Positions 35,148-47,599 of a stretch of DNA of 64,000 bases are shown piece by piece. Position 1 is the first letter of the stretch. Each line of letters begins with the position of its first letter. The stretch is taken from contig NW_026867602.1 of assembly GCF_020745735.1 (NCBI RefSeq), positions 248,001 to 312,000 of the forward strand, written 5' to 3'. The stretch is from Hemiscyllium ocellatum (taxonomy: Eukaryota). A program made the translations under genes and the position numbers. The notes beneath the pieces were generated by a model, which worked only from the letters and a program-made list of their open reading frames with translations, was not told the DNA's origin and made no database searches.

Positions 35148-35945
35148 TGGCAGACGGAGTTTAATTCAGATCAATGCGAGGGGCTGCATTTTGGGAAAGC
35201 AAATCTTAGCAGGGCTTATCCACTTAATGGTAAGGTCCTGGGGAGTGTTGCTGAACAAAGAGACCTTGGAGTGCAGGTTCATAGCTCCTTGAAAGTGGAG
35301 TCACAGGTAGATAGGATAGTGAAGGCAGCGTTTGGTATGCTTTCCTTTATTGGTCAGAGTATTGAGTACAGGAGTCGGGAGGGTCATGTTGCGGCTGTAC
35401 AGGACATTGGTTAGGCCACTGTCGGAATATTGCGTGCAATTCTGGTCTCCTTCCTATTGGAAAGATGTTGTGAAACTTGGAAAGGGTTCAGAAAAGATTG
35501 ACAAGGATGTTGCCAGGGTTGGAGGATTTGAGCTACAGGGAGAGGCTGAACAGGCTGGGGCTGTTTTCCCTGGAGCGTCGGAGGCTGAGGGGTGACCTTA
35601 TAGAGGTTTACAAAATTATGAAGAGCTAGGGTAAATAGGCAATTTTTTTTCCCCCCTGGGGTGGGGGAGCCCAGAACTAGAGGGCATAGGTTTAGGGTGA
35701 GAGGGGAAAGATATAAGAGACCTCGGGTAACCTTTTCACTCAGAGGGTGGTATGGGTATGGAATGAGCTGCCAGAGGAAGTGGTGGGGGCTGGTACAATG
35801 ACAACATTTAAAAGGATCGGGGGGGACATGGATAGGAAGGGTTTGGAGGGATATGGGCCGGGTGCTGGCAGCTGGGACTAGATTGGGTTGGGATATCTGG
35901 ACAAGTTGGACCGAAGGGTCTGTTTCTATGCTGTACATCTCTATG
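35148..35945 (+). mobile_element. CR1 LINE, 5'-truncated
   Basis: QRDLGVQVH, LYRTLVRPLSEYCVQFWSP and CR1 3' tail. Confidence 0.92.
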
Positions 35946-36527
35946 AGCTCCCCATCAAGTAAATCTCCTAGACTCCTCTCGCCTCCCAGAGCTTAAAGCC
36001 AGAGTCCGTCGATCCCCGGCTGGAATCCGAACACCGTGGGAGTGAAAAGGGGACTTTTTATTTTGTAAGTTGCCCCCCTCCTTGCCGTGTGCTTTGACCG
36101 TGTTTCAGACAATCGGGTTCCTGCGAGGGTCCACGACAGCCCTCATCTTATCCCTCGGCCACAAATTGCTGAGGAGGGGGTGGCAGTTTTGCCCGGGACG
36201 TCCAAGCTGATCGGTCCCGGCAATCTCAGTCAGCTATGTGGGGTCGCGAGGACCCCGCTCGGTATTTCTTAAACTCCGGGCCATCCAGACTTCCCGTTCC
36301 CCTGCAGAAGCTGCAGTTTGTTTGGCTTTAATGAGATGGTGAAAGACCCAAGCCAACTGTTGAGTCCCCTTTTAGCTCTTGACTGGGTAGCATCAGAGGG
36401 AGCATTCGCGTGGGACAGAATAAACGAGGGGGAACACTGATTTTGACCAGAGTCAACTACCCAAAGAGGACATTGTAAGATCCTCACATCGCTGAAGGCC
36501 CTGCCTTATCTTCTCTCTCAACTGCAC

Positions 36528-37238
36528 ACAGAACATCGAACATAGAAAAATACAGCGCAGTACAGGCCCTTTGGCCCTCAATGTTGTGCTGATCCAAGCC
36601 CACTTTCCTCCATATGCCTATCCAATGCCCGCTTAAATGACCATAAAGAGGGAGAGCCCACCACTGCTACTGGCAGGGCATTCCATGAACTCACGACTCG
36701 CTGAGTAAAGAATCTACCCCTAGCATCTGTCCTATACCTACCTCCCCTTAATTTAAAGCTATGCCCCCTCGTAATAGCTGACTCCATACGAGGTTCTCAT
36801 GGTCAACCCTATCTAAACCCCGAATCATCTTGTACACCTCTATCAAGTCACCCCTAAACCTTCTTTTCTCCAATGAGAACAGCCCCAAGTGCCTCAGCCT
36901 TTCCTCATACGATCTTCCTACCATACCAGGCAACATCCTGGTAAACCTCCTCTGCACCCGTTCCAGTGCCTCCACATCCTTCCTATAGTATGGCGACCAA
37001 AACTGTGCACAATACTCCAGATGCGGCCACACCAGAGTCTTAGACAACTGCAACATGACCTCAGGACTCCGGAACTCAATTCCTCTCCCAATAAAAGCCA
37101 GTACACCATATTCCTTCTTCACAGCACTATTTACCTGGGTGGCAACTTTCAGAGATCTGTGTACATGGACACCAAGATCCCTCTGCTCCTCCACACTACC
37201 AAGTAGCCTACCATTAGCCCAGTAATCCATCTTCCTGT
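36528..37238 (-). mobile_element. CR1 LINE 3' portion (second subfamily)
   Basis: QRDLGVHVH, LEYCAQFWSPYY, TRGHSFKL. Confidence 0.9.
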
Positions 37239-38115
37239 TACTCTCGATACTTCATCATGTAGTAAATGATAAATAGTACTGACGGAAGATACCCCCATTG
37301 GTCATAACACTCTACATTCTCTATCTCATTTATAAAGACTATCCAATAACGTAGTCTTCTTCTGTACATCATCTCGAATTTGGAAGTATCGAAAGAGGTC
37401 TCCATTAGGTTATCCGAATTTCTGAAGCAGCTGTTCAAAAGACATCAGGGCCCCTTTTTAAACTGATCCCCGAAATATGAGATTCCCCTGGATCTCCAGA
37501 GTTTGAAAGTGACATCTGTAAGCCCCGGTTGAAATCCCCGTGCTCCCACTATTGGAGCAGAGGGGGATGTTTGATGTGAGTTGCCCTCATTTTGCCGCAT
37601 TATATTCCAAGCTCTAATTGTGTTGAGTATTATAGGGTTTTTACAGTGATCTGTAAAGATTTTCCTCTTGTCTGAATGTAAGAGGTTAATAAGTGGGCAT
37701 TTTACTTTGATGCCCAGCCAGATGGATTGTGGGTCAGACAAGCTATGTAGCTTAATAGGGAACTTAACTGATATTTCCTAAAGTCTGGGAAGTCCAATCC
37801 TCCCCTTGCCTGTGGAAGCTGGAGCTTCTTCAGCTTAATGAGGGGGCTGTCTATGATTCCAGATAAATGAACCCACCCAGCCATTTAATTTACGTAGCGC
37901 CAGCCTCGGCAGCATCACCGGGAGCATTCTCATAGGGGATAGGAGACGGGGCAGGACATTCGTTTTAATTAGTGTTATTCTACCCAGCCAGGACATTGGA
38001 AGGTCTCCCCATCGCTGGAGGTCCTGCCTTATCCTCTCCAGTAAATGCACTAAGTTAGCCTTGTATAACTGACCAAATACTGGGGCAATAAAAATGCCTA
38101 AATATAAGAAACCCT

Positions 38116-38269
38116 TAAAATCTGATTGAAGATGTGTAGCTCGGGTATCCGTTGTTGAAACATCAAAGCAGCGCTTCACACGAGGCTCCAACAGCACTGA
38201 TGATGTTCCCTAGCCAGGGAACGAAACATTTGCAGCAAAAACTTCCAGCTCGGCGAGCAGAACCACAAC
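38116..38269. mobile_element. Minimal Penelope-like insertion (154 bp) with hammerhead motif and 12-bp TSD
   Basis: TSD ataagaaaccct at 38104-38115 and 38270-38281; sequence matches terminal repeat 54555-54690. Confidence 0.85.
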
Positions 38270-39090
38270 ATAAGAAACCCTCCAGGGACCAACGAAAAGG
38301 GAAAGTGGGATCCGTCCACTAAGTGGGGTATCACAGCAAGGTCACCCATTGGCAGTGCTTCCGACTTTGAGAAATTAATTCTCACAGCCTGAGAATGCAC
38401 TAAATGTGTTAATAACTTGGATTAAGCGAGGCACGGACCTCAGGGGATAACTGAGGAATAGGAACTGCATAAAGGGGTAATTTTATGTTTACCTGTACCA
38501 ATCCCCGGGGCCGTTATATTAGGATCAGTCCGTATAGCTTCTGCTAGTGGCTCGATTATTAGCGTAAATAGCAATGGGGAGAGAGGACATCCCTGATGGC
38601 AGCCCCTACCCACACTGAAGTTATCTGAACCTAATCCATTGGTAATCACAACTGCTTTGGGATTACTAGACAGTATTGTGACCCATTTGGTAAACACCTG
38701 TCCAACGCCAAACCTTTCCAATGTGTAAAACAAATATGACCATTCAACCCTATCGAATGCCTTTTCCGCATCTAATGAGACTACAACTCCTGGTATCTTT
38801 CCCTGATGGCAGGCTTGAGTCATATTCAAAACCCTTCTAGTATCGGATGATCTACGGCCCTCAATAAACCGCGTCTGATCCTCCTTTATGATATGTGGCA
38901 ATACCCTTTCTAGCCTCAATTTTAGAGAGGATTTTAAAATCTACATTTAGCAAGGATATTGGTCTGTATGACATACAATCTTCTGGGTCCTTTGATTTTT
39001 GAGGATGAGAGAGATATTTGCCTCTTTCAGCGAAGGCAAGAGACAGCCCTGAACTGTGTGCGTAGTTATACATGTCCACAAGTGGACCAG

Positions 39091-39306
39091 AGCTGAAAAT
39101 GTGTTGCTGGAAAAGCGCAGCAGGTCAGGCAGCATCCGAGGAGCAGGAGATTCGACGTTTCGGGCATAAGCCCTTCTTCAGGAGTCGGGCTTATGCCCGA
39201 AACGTCGAATCTCCTGCTCCTCGGACGCTGCCTGACCTGCTGCGCTTTTCCAGCAACACATTTGCAGCTCTGATACTCTAGCATCGGCAGACCTCACTTT
39301 TTCCAT
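39091..39306. mobile_element. Palindromic Penelope-like terminal-repeat insertion (216 bp) with 11-bp TSD
   Basis: TSD aagtggaccag at 39080-39090 and 39307-39317; arms 39091-39173 and 39187-39269 are reverse complements. Confidence 0.88.
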
Positions 39307-40417
39307 AAGTGGACCAGCCAATATTCCTGTAAATTCTTCGTAGAATTCAGCTCGAAAGCCATCTGGGCCCGGCGCCTTACCGCTCTGAAGTTGCCTGATT
39401 GCGTCAAGTATTCCTTGGGTTATTAGGGGAACATTCAGAACCGATACCCGTTCTGGAGTTAGGTCAGGTTTTTAAAATATGACTGCATCCTCCTAGTCCT
39501 GTCTTCGCAATCCTGCGATTTATATAAATCAAAATAAAACTTTCTAAAGATTGTGTTCATCCTTTTATAGATGTAACAGTTTGAGGAGCCTTCATTTTAC
39601 TTTGTGAAAAATACTAAGTATTTACCAGGTTTATCGCCGAATTCATATAACCTTTGGTTTTGCAAATAATATTTCCCTCTTAGCCGTTTGGGTAGGCGTG
39701 GTGTTTAGAGCTGTCCTGAGGGCCGTAACCCTTTGCAATTTGATAATAGAAGGTCTATCAGCGATTTTAGCTGCTTTTAAGCGAGCTCCGAGCAGACGCT
39801 CCCTTTAATTTCTTTCTGGGACGCCGAGTAGGAGCTGATCCAACCTCGTGCGTGAGCTTTGATGGTCTCCCACATCGTCGGTGGGTTGCCAGTCGTACCT
39901 GAATTAATTTCTTAAAATAAAAACGTTTTAAATTCTTGAGAGAAGTACTTTACAAGTTGACTATCTTTCACCAGGAAGGGCCGGGGTGGGGTGTGGGGGT
40001 TGTCTCATTGTCCCTCGCCTTGGTCTCCATATATACAGCAGCGTGATTGGAAATTGCTACACTGCCCATTTTAACAGGACGATACGGAATTTTTTAAAAA
40101 ATCGAAAGGGGGCAAAAGAACCTATCGATTCTGGTGTGACACTTACATGGATCGGAGTAAAAGGAAAATCTCTGCCCTGTGAGTTGAAGGCATCTCCACA
40201 CATCTCGTCCTAATCCTTCGTTCGAATCCACCAATTGTCTGGATACTCCTGCAGCACTCTTGGGAATCCTGTCTCTTTCCGGATCCGTAATACAACTAAA
40301 ATCTCGCCCTAGAACTGGATGACGGGCACCGAGAGCCGTCAATTTTGAGGCGGTTTCCATTATAAATTTAAAAAGGATGTGCCGGGGGGAGCAATACAGA
40401 TTTAAAATCCCATGTTC

Positions 40418-41661
40418 AATAGACAATAGGTGCAGGAGTAGGCCATTCTGCCCTTCGAGCCTGCACCGCCATTCAATATAATCATGGCTGATCATCCTTA
40501 ATCAGTATCCTGTTCCTGCCTGGTCTCCATAACCCTTGATTCCACTGTCCTTGAGAGCTCTGTCCAACTCTTTCTTAAAGAGACTGGGCCTCCACTGCCC
40601 TCTGGGGCAGAGCATTCCACACAGCCACCACTCTCTGGGTGAAGAAGTTTCTCCTCATCTCTGTCCTAAATGGTCTACCCCGTATTTTTAAGATGTGTCC
40701 TCTGGTTCGGCACTCACCCGTCAGCGGAAACATGTTTCCTGCCTCCAGAGTGTCCAATCCTTTCATAATCTTATATGTCTCAATCAGATCCCCCTCTCAG
40801 TCTTCTAAACTCAAGGGTATACAAGCCCAGTCGCTCCAGTCTTTCAGTGTAAGGTAATCCCGCCATTCCAGGAATTGACCTCGTGAACCTACGCTGCACT
40901 CCCTCAATAGCCAGAATGTCTTTCCTCAAATTTGGAGACCAGAACTGCACACAGTATTCCAGGTGTGGTCTCACCAGGGCCCTGTACAGCTGCAGAAGCA
41001 CCTCTTTGCTTCTACACTCAATCCCTCTTGTTATGAAGGCCAGCATGCTATTAGCCTTCTTCACTACCTGCTGTACCTGCATGCTTGCCTTCATTGACTG
41101 GTGTACAAGAACACCCAGATCTCTCTGTACTGCCCCTTTACCTAAATTAATTCCATTGAGGTAGTAATCTGCCTTCCTGTTCTTGCCACCAAAGTGGATA
41201 ACTATACATTTATCCACATTAAACTGCATCTGCCATGCATCTGCCCACTCACCTAACTTATCCAGGTCACCCTGTAATCTCCTAACATCCTCCTCACATT
41301 TCACCCTGCCGCCCAGCTTTGTATCATCAGCAAATTTGCTAATGTTACTATTAATACTATCTTCTATATCATTAATATATATTGTAAAAAGCTGTGGTCC
41401 CAGCACTGATCCCTGTGGTACCCCACTGGTCACTGCCTGCCATTCCGAAAGGGAGCCGTTTATCACTCCTCTTTGTTTCCTATTAGCCAACCAATTTTCA
41501 GTCCAAGCCACCAATACCATGCGCCCTAATTTTGCTCACTAACCTTCTGTGTGAGACTTTATCAAAGGCTTTCTGAAAGTCTAGGTACACTACCTCCACT
41601 GGATCTCCCTCGTCCATCTTCAAAGTTACATCCTCAAATGATTTTTGAGGATGTAACTCTG
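40418..41661 (-). mobile_element. CR1 LINE nested in the L1; 246-aa RT remnant; TSD aaatcccat(g/a)ttc
   Basis: [28 protein letters not shown]; TSD at 40405-40417 and 41662-41674. Confidence 0.92.
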
Positions 41662-43619
41662 AAATCCCATATTCCTCTCCATTATAATCAGAATATATCG
41701 TCCAGATTCATCTTTTACCTGGTTTAAGATTTTGAAAGGGAAATTCTTCCAAATAAGAATAACAACTCCCCTGCTTTTTGAGCTGAAAGAAGAAAAAAAG
41801 GCCTGAACAAATCCATCCTGTCATAATTTCAAGTGTTCTTTATCCAATAAGCGTGTCTCCTGTAGGAGAGCCATATCAACCCTTTCTTTCTTGAGGTTTG
41901 ATCATATTTTCTTCCTTTTGACTGGTGAATTACTCCCTTGACGTTCCAGGTGCACCACTTAACCGACTGATCGTCCGGGCAAATCCGAGACCCCTCGAGA
42001 GGGGGAAAACCTTATCCAGAACATCCCGAGCATAGAGCATATAAAAATTCACAAAAATAATACCACTCACAAGAGTATAATAAAAAACTATTTCTAAATA
42101 AAAAAAAATGTATTTAAATGGAAATTTCCCCCCTTGTTCCCAGGGGGAATCGCTTCCTTTCCAAAAGTCCATCATATCCTCTCCCAACCAGTGCCCCACC
42201 CTCGACCCAGGCGCTCAATAGGATGAAGAAAATTCAAATATACTGCAAAGCTAGAGTTAACAGTGGGCACCCTACACCCCACCCGAACCAACACCTGGAT
42301 ATATTTGGCAATGTTAATACCATGTATAAACATATATAACTATAAAATTACAACCTCAACAAGTAATAATTAACCGTACTAATACAAAATAACGAGGGAA
42401 AAACAACCCTGCTCCTAAAGACAGAGATGGAACAGGATAAGGTAACCACCTCCCCCCACCAACATTAACTCGATCCCCTGGCCTATATATATATGTAGAA
42501 TTTAAAAAATTAGGGGGGGAAGAAAATCGCTAAGTAGAGAACAAATAAATAAATCCCTCTCCCCACCCCGCCAAGATAATATTAAACATTCAGGTAAAAA
42601 AAAGGGATTAATATATTTAAAAAGGGGGCGTAAATCGGGGTGGGAGGAGGGTAAAACAACATCAATTAACTCTTACAATTTATCTAAGAGAGTCCAAGAA
42701 TTCCTTGGCCTTTTCCCGCGATCCCAAGTTATACACGGACCCTTCGTGGTTAAAGTGTAGCGTCGCGGGGTAGCGTAAGGAGGACTGAATATTTAAGTCC
42801 CTTCTTTACTTGGTCAAACACCTTCCTCTTTCGGACCAGAGCTGGGGAAAAGTCCTGGAATAACATGAGCTCGGATCCGTTGTAGGTCATGGGCTTGGGG
42901 GGAGTCTTTTCCAAGATTTCTGGAAGCTTCCATCTGCCTCTCCTTGGAGCTCTGCAGCCGGAGCAGGACGGGCCGGGGGGGGGGGGGGGGGGTGGGGGGG
43001 GGGCGCTTGGTTCGAGCCAGGCTCGTGCACTGTGACCCCGGGGTAGGCCCGTTCCACCCTGACCAGGCCTGATCCAGCCTCCAGATTTAAACAGCTGTGG
43101 GAGCCACCGCACGAGGAACGCTGGCCTTCCTCTTCCCGTTCGGGAAGATATGATTCTCGAAGGTCTGGACTCGCCCCCCCCCCACCACGGCTGATAGTGC
43201 TGTCGTCTCGGGGGTCGTGGCCCTTAGCCAAGCTCCTCCGACTCGACGCTCAATTTCCTCGATGCCTCGGCTCCGGGACTCTTCGATGAAGGCGTCAATC
43301 TTCGCGTCGAGTTTGGAGATTACTTCCGCGAGACTCGCCACGGTAGCTAAGTCCCCCCGGGGCGACTGCGGACAGCTCTGCTGCAGCTGGGGAGGGTGGG
43401 GGAGGGGTTCCTGCCTGCTGAAAGCTGCGGGTTCCCTTCCCTTTAGTCATTTTTACTGGAGATTAAAATGTTTAACTTCAATATACTAAGCAACATTAAG
43501 TTAAAAACTATTTGAAATGATTTGGTGAGTGTGGTGGGGGTGGGTGACCCACTTTGCCCAAGTCTTGGGAGGAGCAACATAGACTCAGACTCGCTGGGTC
43601 GCCGCCATCTTGAGTTCCC

Positions 43620-43790
43620 CACCCCGTGTACAAAGTTAACGTGACCCTCACCTTGGAACTTGTATCTTCTTGCAGCCAGGCTCTCCTCGACCCTCTCCTC
43701 CCTCAGTCTTGAAAGCATTTCTGTTCTCTTAATCGGTGAATGACTCCCCTTAATGTTCCAGGTGCACCATTTAAACGAAGGGCTAGCCAT
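43620..43790 (-). mobile_element. Second L1 ORF2 5' fragment
   Basis: WCTWNIKGSHSPIKR, paralogous to 41880-41965. Confidence 0.7.
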
Positions 43791-44014
43791 GACAGTCCGA
43801 GACAGGTTTGTGACCGCTCCCGGGAGGGAGGTTTCCCCACCTGTGGCGCGCCGAGTGAAAAGTTTGTATCAATCTAAAAATACAACGACCTAATCAAAAC
43901 TTCTAATTGCTCCTTCTGCAACAGACCAACATATATCACAAATGGAAGGAGTCTCTCCCTCCTTGCTCGCAGGGGGCGCTCACATTGCCCACTCACCCCT
44001 CCATGGCTCCTTCT

Positions 44015-45300
44015 AACATAGAGATATACAGCACAGATACAGACCCTTCGGTCCAATCCGTCCATGCCGACCCAGATATCCCAACCCAATCTAGTCCCCA
44101 GCACCCGGCCCATATCCCTCCAAACCCTTCCTATACCCATCCAGATGCCTCTTAAATGTTGAAATTGTACCAGCCTCCACCACATCCTCTGGCAGCTCAT
44201 TCCATACACGTACCACCCTCTGGGGGGAAAATTTACCTCTTTTATATCTTTCCCCTCTCACCCTAAACCTATGCCCCTCTAGTTCTGGACTCCCCGACCC
44301 CAGGGAAAAGACTTTGCCTATTTACCCTATCCATGCCTTTCATAATTTTATAAACCTCTATAAGGTCACCCCTCAGCCTCCGACGCTCCAGGGAAAACAG
44401 CCCCAGCCTGTTCAGCCTCTCCCTGTAGCTCAGATCCTCCAACCCTGGCAACATCCTTGTCAATCTTTTCTGAACCCTTTCACGTTTCACAACATCTTTC
44501 CGATAGGAAGGAGACCAGAATTGCACACAATACTCCAACAGTGGCCTAACCAATGTCCTGTACAGCCGCGACATGACCTCCCAACTCCCTGTAGTCGATA
44601 CTCTGACCAGTAAAGGAAAGCATACCAAACGCTGCCTTCACTATCCTATCTACCTGCGACTCCACTTTCAAGGAGCTATGAACCTGCACTCCAAGGTCTC
44701 TTTGTTCAGCAACACTCCCCAGGACCTTACCATTAAGTGGATAAGTCCTGCTAAGATTTGCTTTCCCAAAATGCAGCACCTCGCATTTATCTGAATTAAA
44801 CTCCATCTGGAGCTGTTTTCCCTGGAGCGTCGGAGGCTGAGGGGTGACCTTATAGAGGTTTACAAAATCAGGAGAGGCCCGAAACGTCGATTCTCCTGCT
44901 CCTCGGATGCTGCCTGACCTGCTGCACTTTTCCAGCAACACTCTCTCGACTCTGACCTCCAGCGTCTGCCATCCTCACTGTCACCCAAATAGGCCAAGTC
45001 ATTTCCCTGGGGTTGGGGGTGGTCCAGAACTAGAGGGGCATAGGTTAAGGGTGAGAGGGGAAAGATATAAAAGAGACTGAAGGGGCAACTTTTTCCCCAG
45101 AGAGGGTGGTACGTGTATGGAATGAGCTGCCAGAGGATGTGGTGGAGGCTGGCACAATTGCAACATTTAAGAGGCATTTGGATGGGTATATGAATAGGAA
45201 GGGTTTGGAGGGATATGGGCCGGGTGGGACTAGATTGGGTTGGGATATCTGGGTCGGCACGGACGGGTTGGGCCGAAGGGTCTGTTTCCATGCTGTACTC
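44015..45300. mobile_element. CR1 (-) 44015-44809 joined to an inverted CR1 3' copy (+) 44810-45300, the latter interrupted by a Penelope terminal repeat (44872-44985)
   Basis: LYRTLVRPLLEYCVQFWSP on the minus strand; the plus arm is complementary to 44015-44402. Confidence 0.85.
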
Positions 45301-45911
45301 TACGTATTAAAATGCCACACCCATCTTGACAACTAGATGCCCAGGCCCCATGACAGAGAAACACAAAATAAACACTGTTGTCTATCTGATCCGAATCAAT
45401 CAGACGATCTTAAAGCGTCTGGGAAGACATTTGCCTATTATTTACTTAGCTGTGCTGCTTAACTCTGTTTGTATCGCTCGCAAGACATCGCTTTCGACGT
45501 GACAATAAATTCAGTGAGTCGAAATTAAACACAGACCCCGAAACGCAATATCTTCCAGAATACTGGAGACTCGAGTCCCTCAGTCGCCTGTTTAACCTAA
45601 ACCTGTCACAGGTCACCGCTGCGGAAAAGTCCTGGAAAAGCCCTAATTTGTGATCCGTTGTCTATCAGAGGGCTGCAGCCTCTGCTGTACGCGAGGGCCC
45701 GGGGGGGACTGGTCCGATCTGCGTTTGCCCGCTGAGATGCTGGGACCCTCCCGGCAGCATTTCCGGGATCAGGCCCGGGCTCCCGGGATCTCCCCCGTCG
45801 ACGATTCGGGTTTCTCTCGGAGTCTGGCAGACTCCGGGACCGGGCCGCGCTCCGCAGGTGAGTCCCCCCATCCTGGGGAGGTCGAGGTGCTCTGCGGGCC
45901 ACGATCCTCAA

Positions 45912-46780
45912 AGTGGTGAGCACTGCTGCCTCACAGCGCCAGAGACCTGGGTTCAATTCCCGCCTCAGGTGACCGACTGTGTGGAGTATGCACGTTCTCC
46001 CCGTGTCTGTGTGGGTTTCCTCCGGGTGCTCCGGTTTCCTCCCACAGTCACAAAGATGTGCAGGTTAGGGTGAATTGGCCGTGCTAAATTGTCCCCGTAG
46101 TGCCCAGGGATGTGCAGGTTAGGGTGGATTGGCCATGCTAAATTGTCCCCGTATTGCCCAGGGATATACAGGTTAGGGTGGATTGGCCGTGCTAAATTGT
46201 CCCCGTAGTGTCCAGGGATGTGCAGGTTAGGGTGGATTGGCCGTGCTAAATTGTCCCGTATTGCCCAGGGATGTACAGGTTAGGGTGGATTGGCCGTGCT
46301 AAATTGTCCCGTAGCGCCCAGTGATGTGCAGGTTAGGGTGAATTGGCCGTGCTAAATTGTCCCCGTATTGCCCAGGGATGTGCAGGTTAGGGTGGGATTG
46401 GCCGTGCTAAATTGTCCCGTAGCGCCCAGTGATGTGCAGGTTAGGGTGAATTGGCCGTGCTAAATTGTCCCCGTAGTGCCCAGGGATGTACAGGTTAGGG
46501 TGGGATTGGCCGTGCTAAATTGTCCCCGTATTGCCCAGGGATGTGCAGGTTAGGGTGGGATTGGCCGTGCTAAATTGTCCCCGTATTGCCCAGGGATGTG
46601 CAGGTTAGGGTGGATTGGCCGTGCTAAATTGTCCCCGTAGTGCCCAGGGATGTGCAGGTTAGGGTGGGTTGGCCGTGCTAAATTGTCCCCGTATTGCCCA
46701 GGGATGTGCAGGTTAGGGTGGGTTGGCCGTGCTAAATTATCCCGTATTGCCCAGGGATGTGCGGGTTAGGGTGGGATTGG
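45912..46780 (+). mobile_element. HE1-like SINE with amplified 53-55-bp unit (~13 copies)
   Basis: agtggtgagcactgctgcctcacagcgccagagacctgggttcaattccc head, then the array. Confidence 0.9.
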
Positions 46781-47150
46781 TTTGGTGTGGACATCCCCTT
46801 TAAGGGAGGGTGCCTGGTTTAGTGTGGACCTCCCCTTTAAGGGAGGGGTGCCTAGTTTGGGTGTGGACCTCCCCTTTAAGGGAGGGGGTGCCTGGTTTGG
46901 TGTGGACCTCCCCTTTAAGGGAGGGGTGCCTAGTTTGGGTGTGGACCTCCCCTTTAAGGGAGGGGGTGCCTGGTTTGGTGTGGACATCCCCTTTAAGGGA
47001 GGGTGCCTGGTTTAGTGTGGACCTCCCCTTTAAGGGAGGGGTGCCTAGTTTGGGTGTGGACCTCCCCTTTAAGGGAGGGGTGCCTAGTTTGGGTGTGGAC
47101 CTCCCCTTTAAGGGGTGTTTGGTTTGTTGTGGACTTCCCCTTTAAGAGGC
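46780..47150. repeat. ~39-bp promoter-proximal minisatellite with palindromic core
   Basis: Unit gtgtggacctcccctttaagggaggggtgcctagtttgg, ~9 copies. Confidence 0.92.
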
Positions 47151-47169
47151 TGGGTCTCCAGATGGTGCG

Positions 47170-47300
47170 ACCTTCCCCTTTAAGAAGGGGGCGGGGTTAG
47201 TTCGGGGGCTCCGCCCACTGGACGGACGATTTCCTGTCGGCTCACTTCCCCTTTAAGGGAGTGTACCCGGAAGTGCGGCCGCTTCCGGGTTTGAGAGGGA
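47170..47300 (+). promoter_or_regulatory. Twinfilin promoter: GC boxes and ETS/GABP-type sites
   Basis: ggggcgggg (47187), ctccgccc, ccggaagtg (47267) and gcttccgg (47281) just upstream of ATG 47310. Confidence 0.65.
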
Positions 47301-47309
47301 CAGAGGAAA

Positions 47310-47334
47310 ATGTCTCATCAGACAGGGATTGGGG
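47310..47334 (+). CDS. Twinfilin (TWF1/TWF2 family actin-binding protein), exon 1
   Basis: MSHQTGIG|gtatac; matches the twinfilin N-terminus M(S/A)HQTGI. Paralogue not resolvable by eye. Confidence 0.9.
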
Positions 47335-47599
47335 GTATACCCGGGGCTGGGGGCATTGGGTGGGGGTGAGAGGGGGGTGAAGGATGGGGGAGGGGCATTG
47401 GGTGGGGGTGAGAGATGGGGAGTGGGGAGGAGCTGGAGGGGGTGGGTATTGTGGGGTATCTTGGGGGGTGGGGGCTGGTTCAGTACAAACTGGGGGAGGG
47501 GTAACTTGGAGAGGGCCGGTGTAGGAATAAAGTGGGGGAGGGGGGTAATGGGGAAGAGAGGGAGGGCATTGTCGGAGGAGCGCGGATAACTTACTGTTC

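Larger units (their letters stand above)
37240..43612 (-). mobile_element. Near-full-length decayed L1-clade LINE (ORF1 ~42700-43450; ORF2 ~37240-41990) with nested insertions
   Basis: ORF1 C-terminal FQDFSPALVRKRK; endonuclease start WCTWNVKG; RT motifs YRPISLLNVDFKILSK, SLDAEKAFDRVEW, QGCPLSPLLF, YLGI, GGLDFP; aagatggcggcg at the 5' end. Confidence 0.88.
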
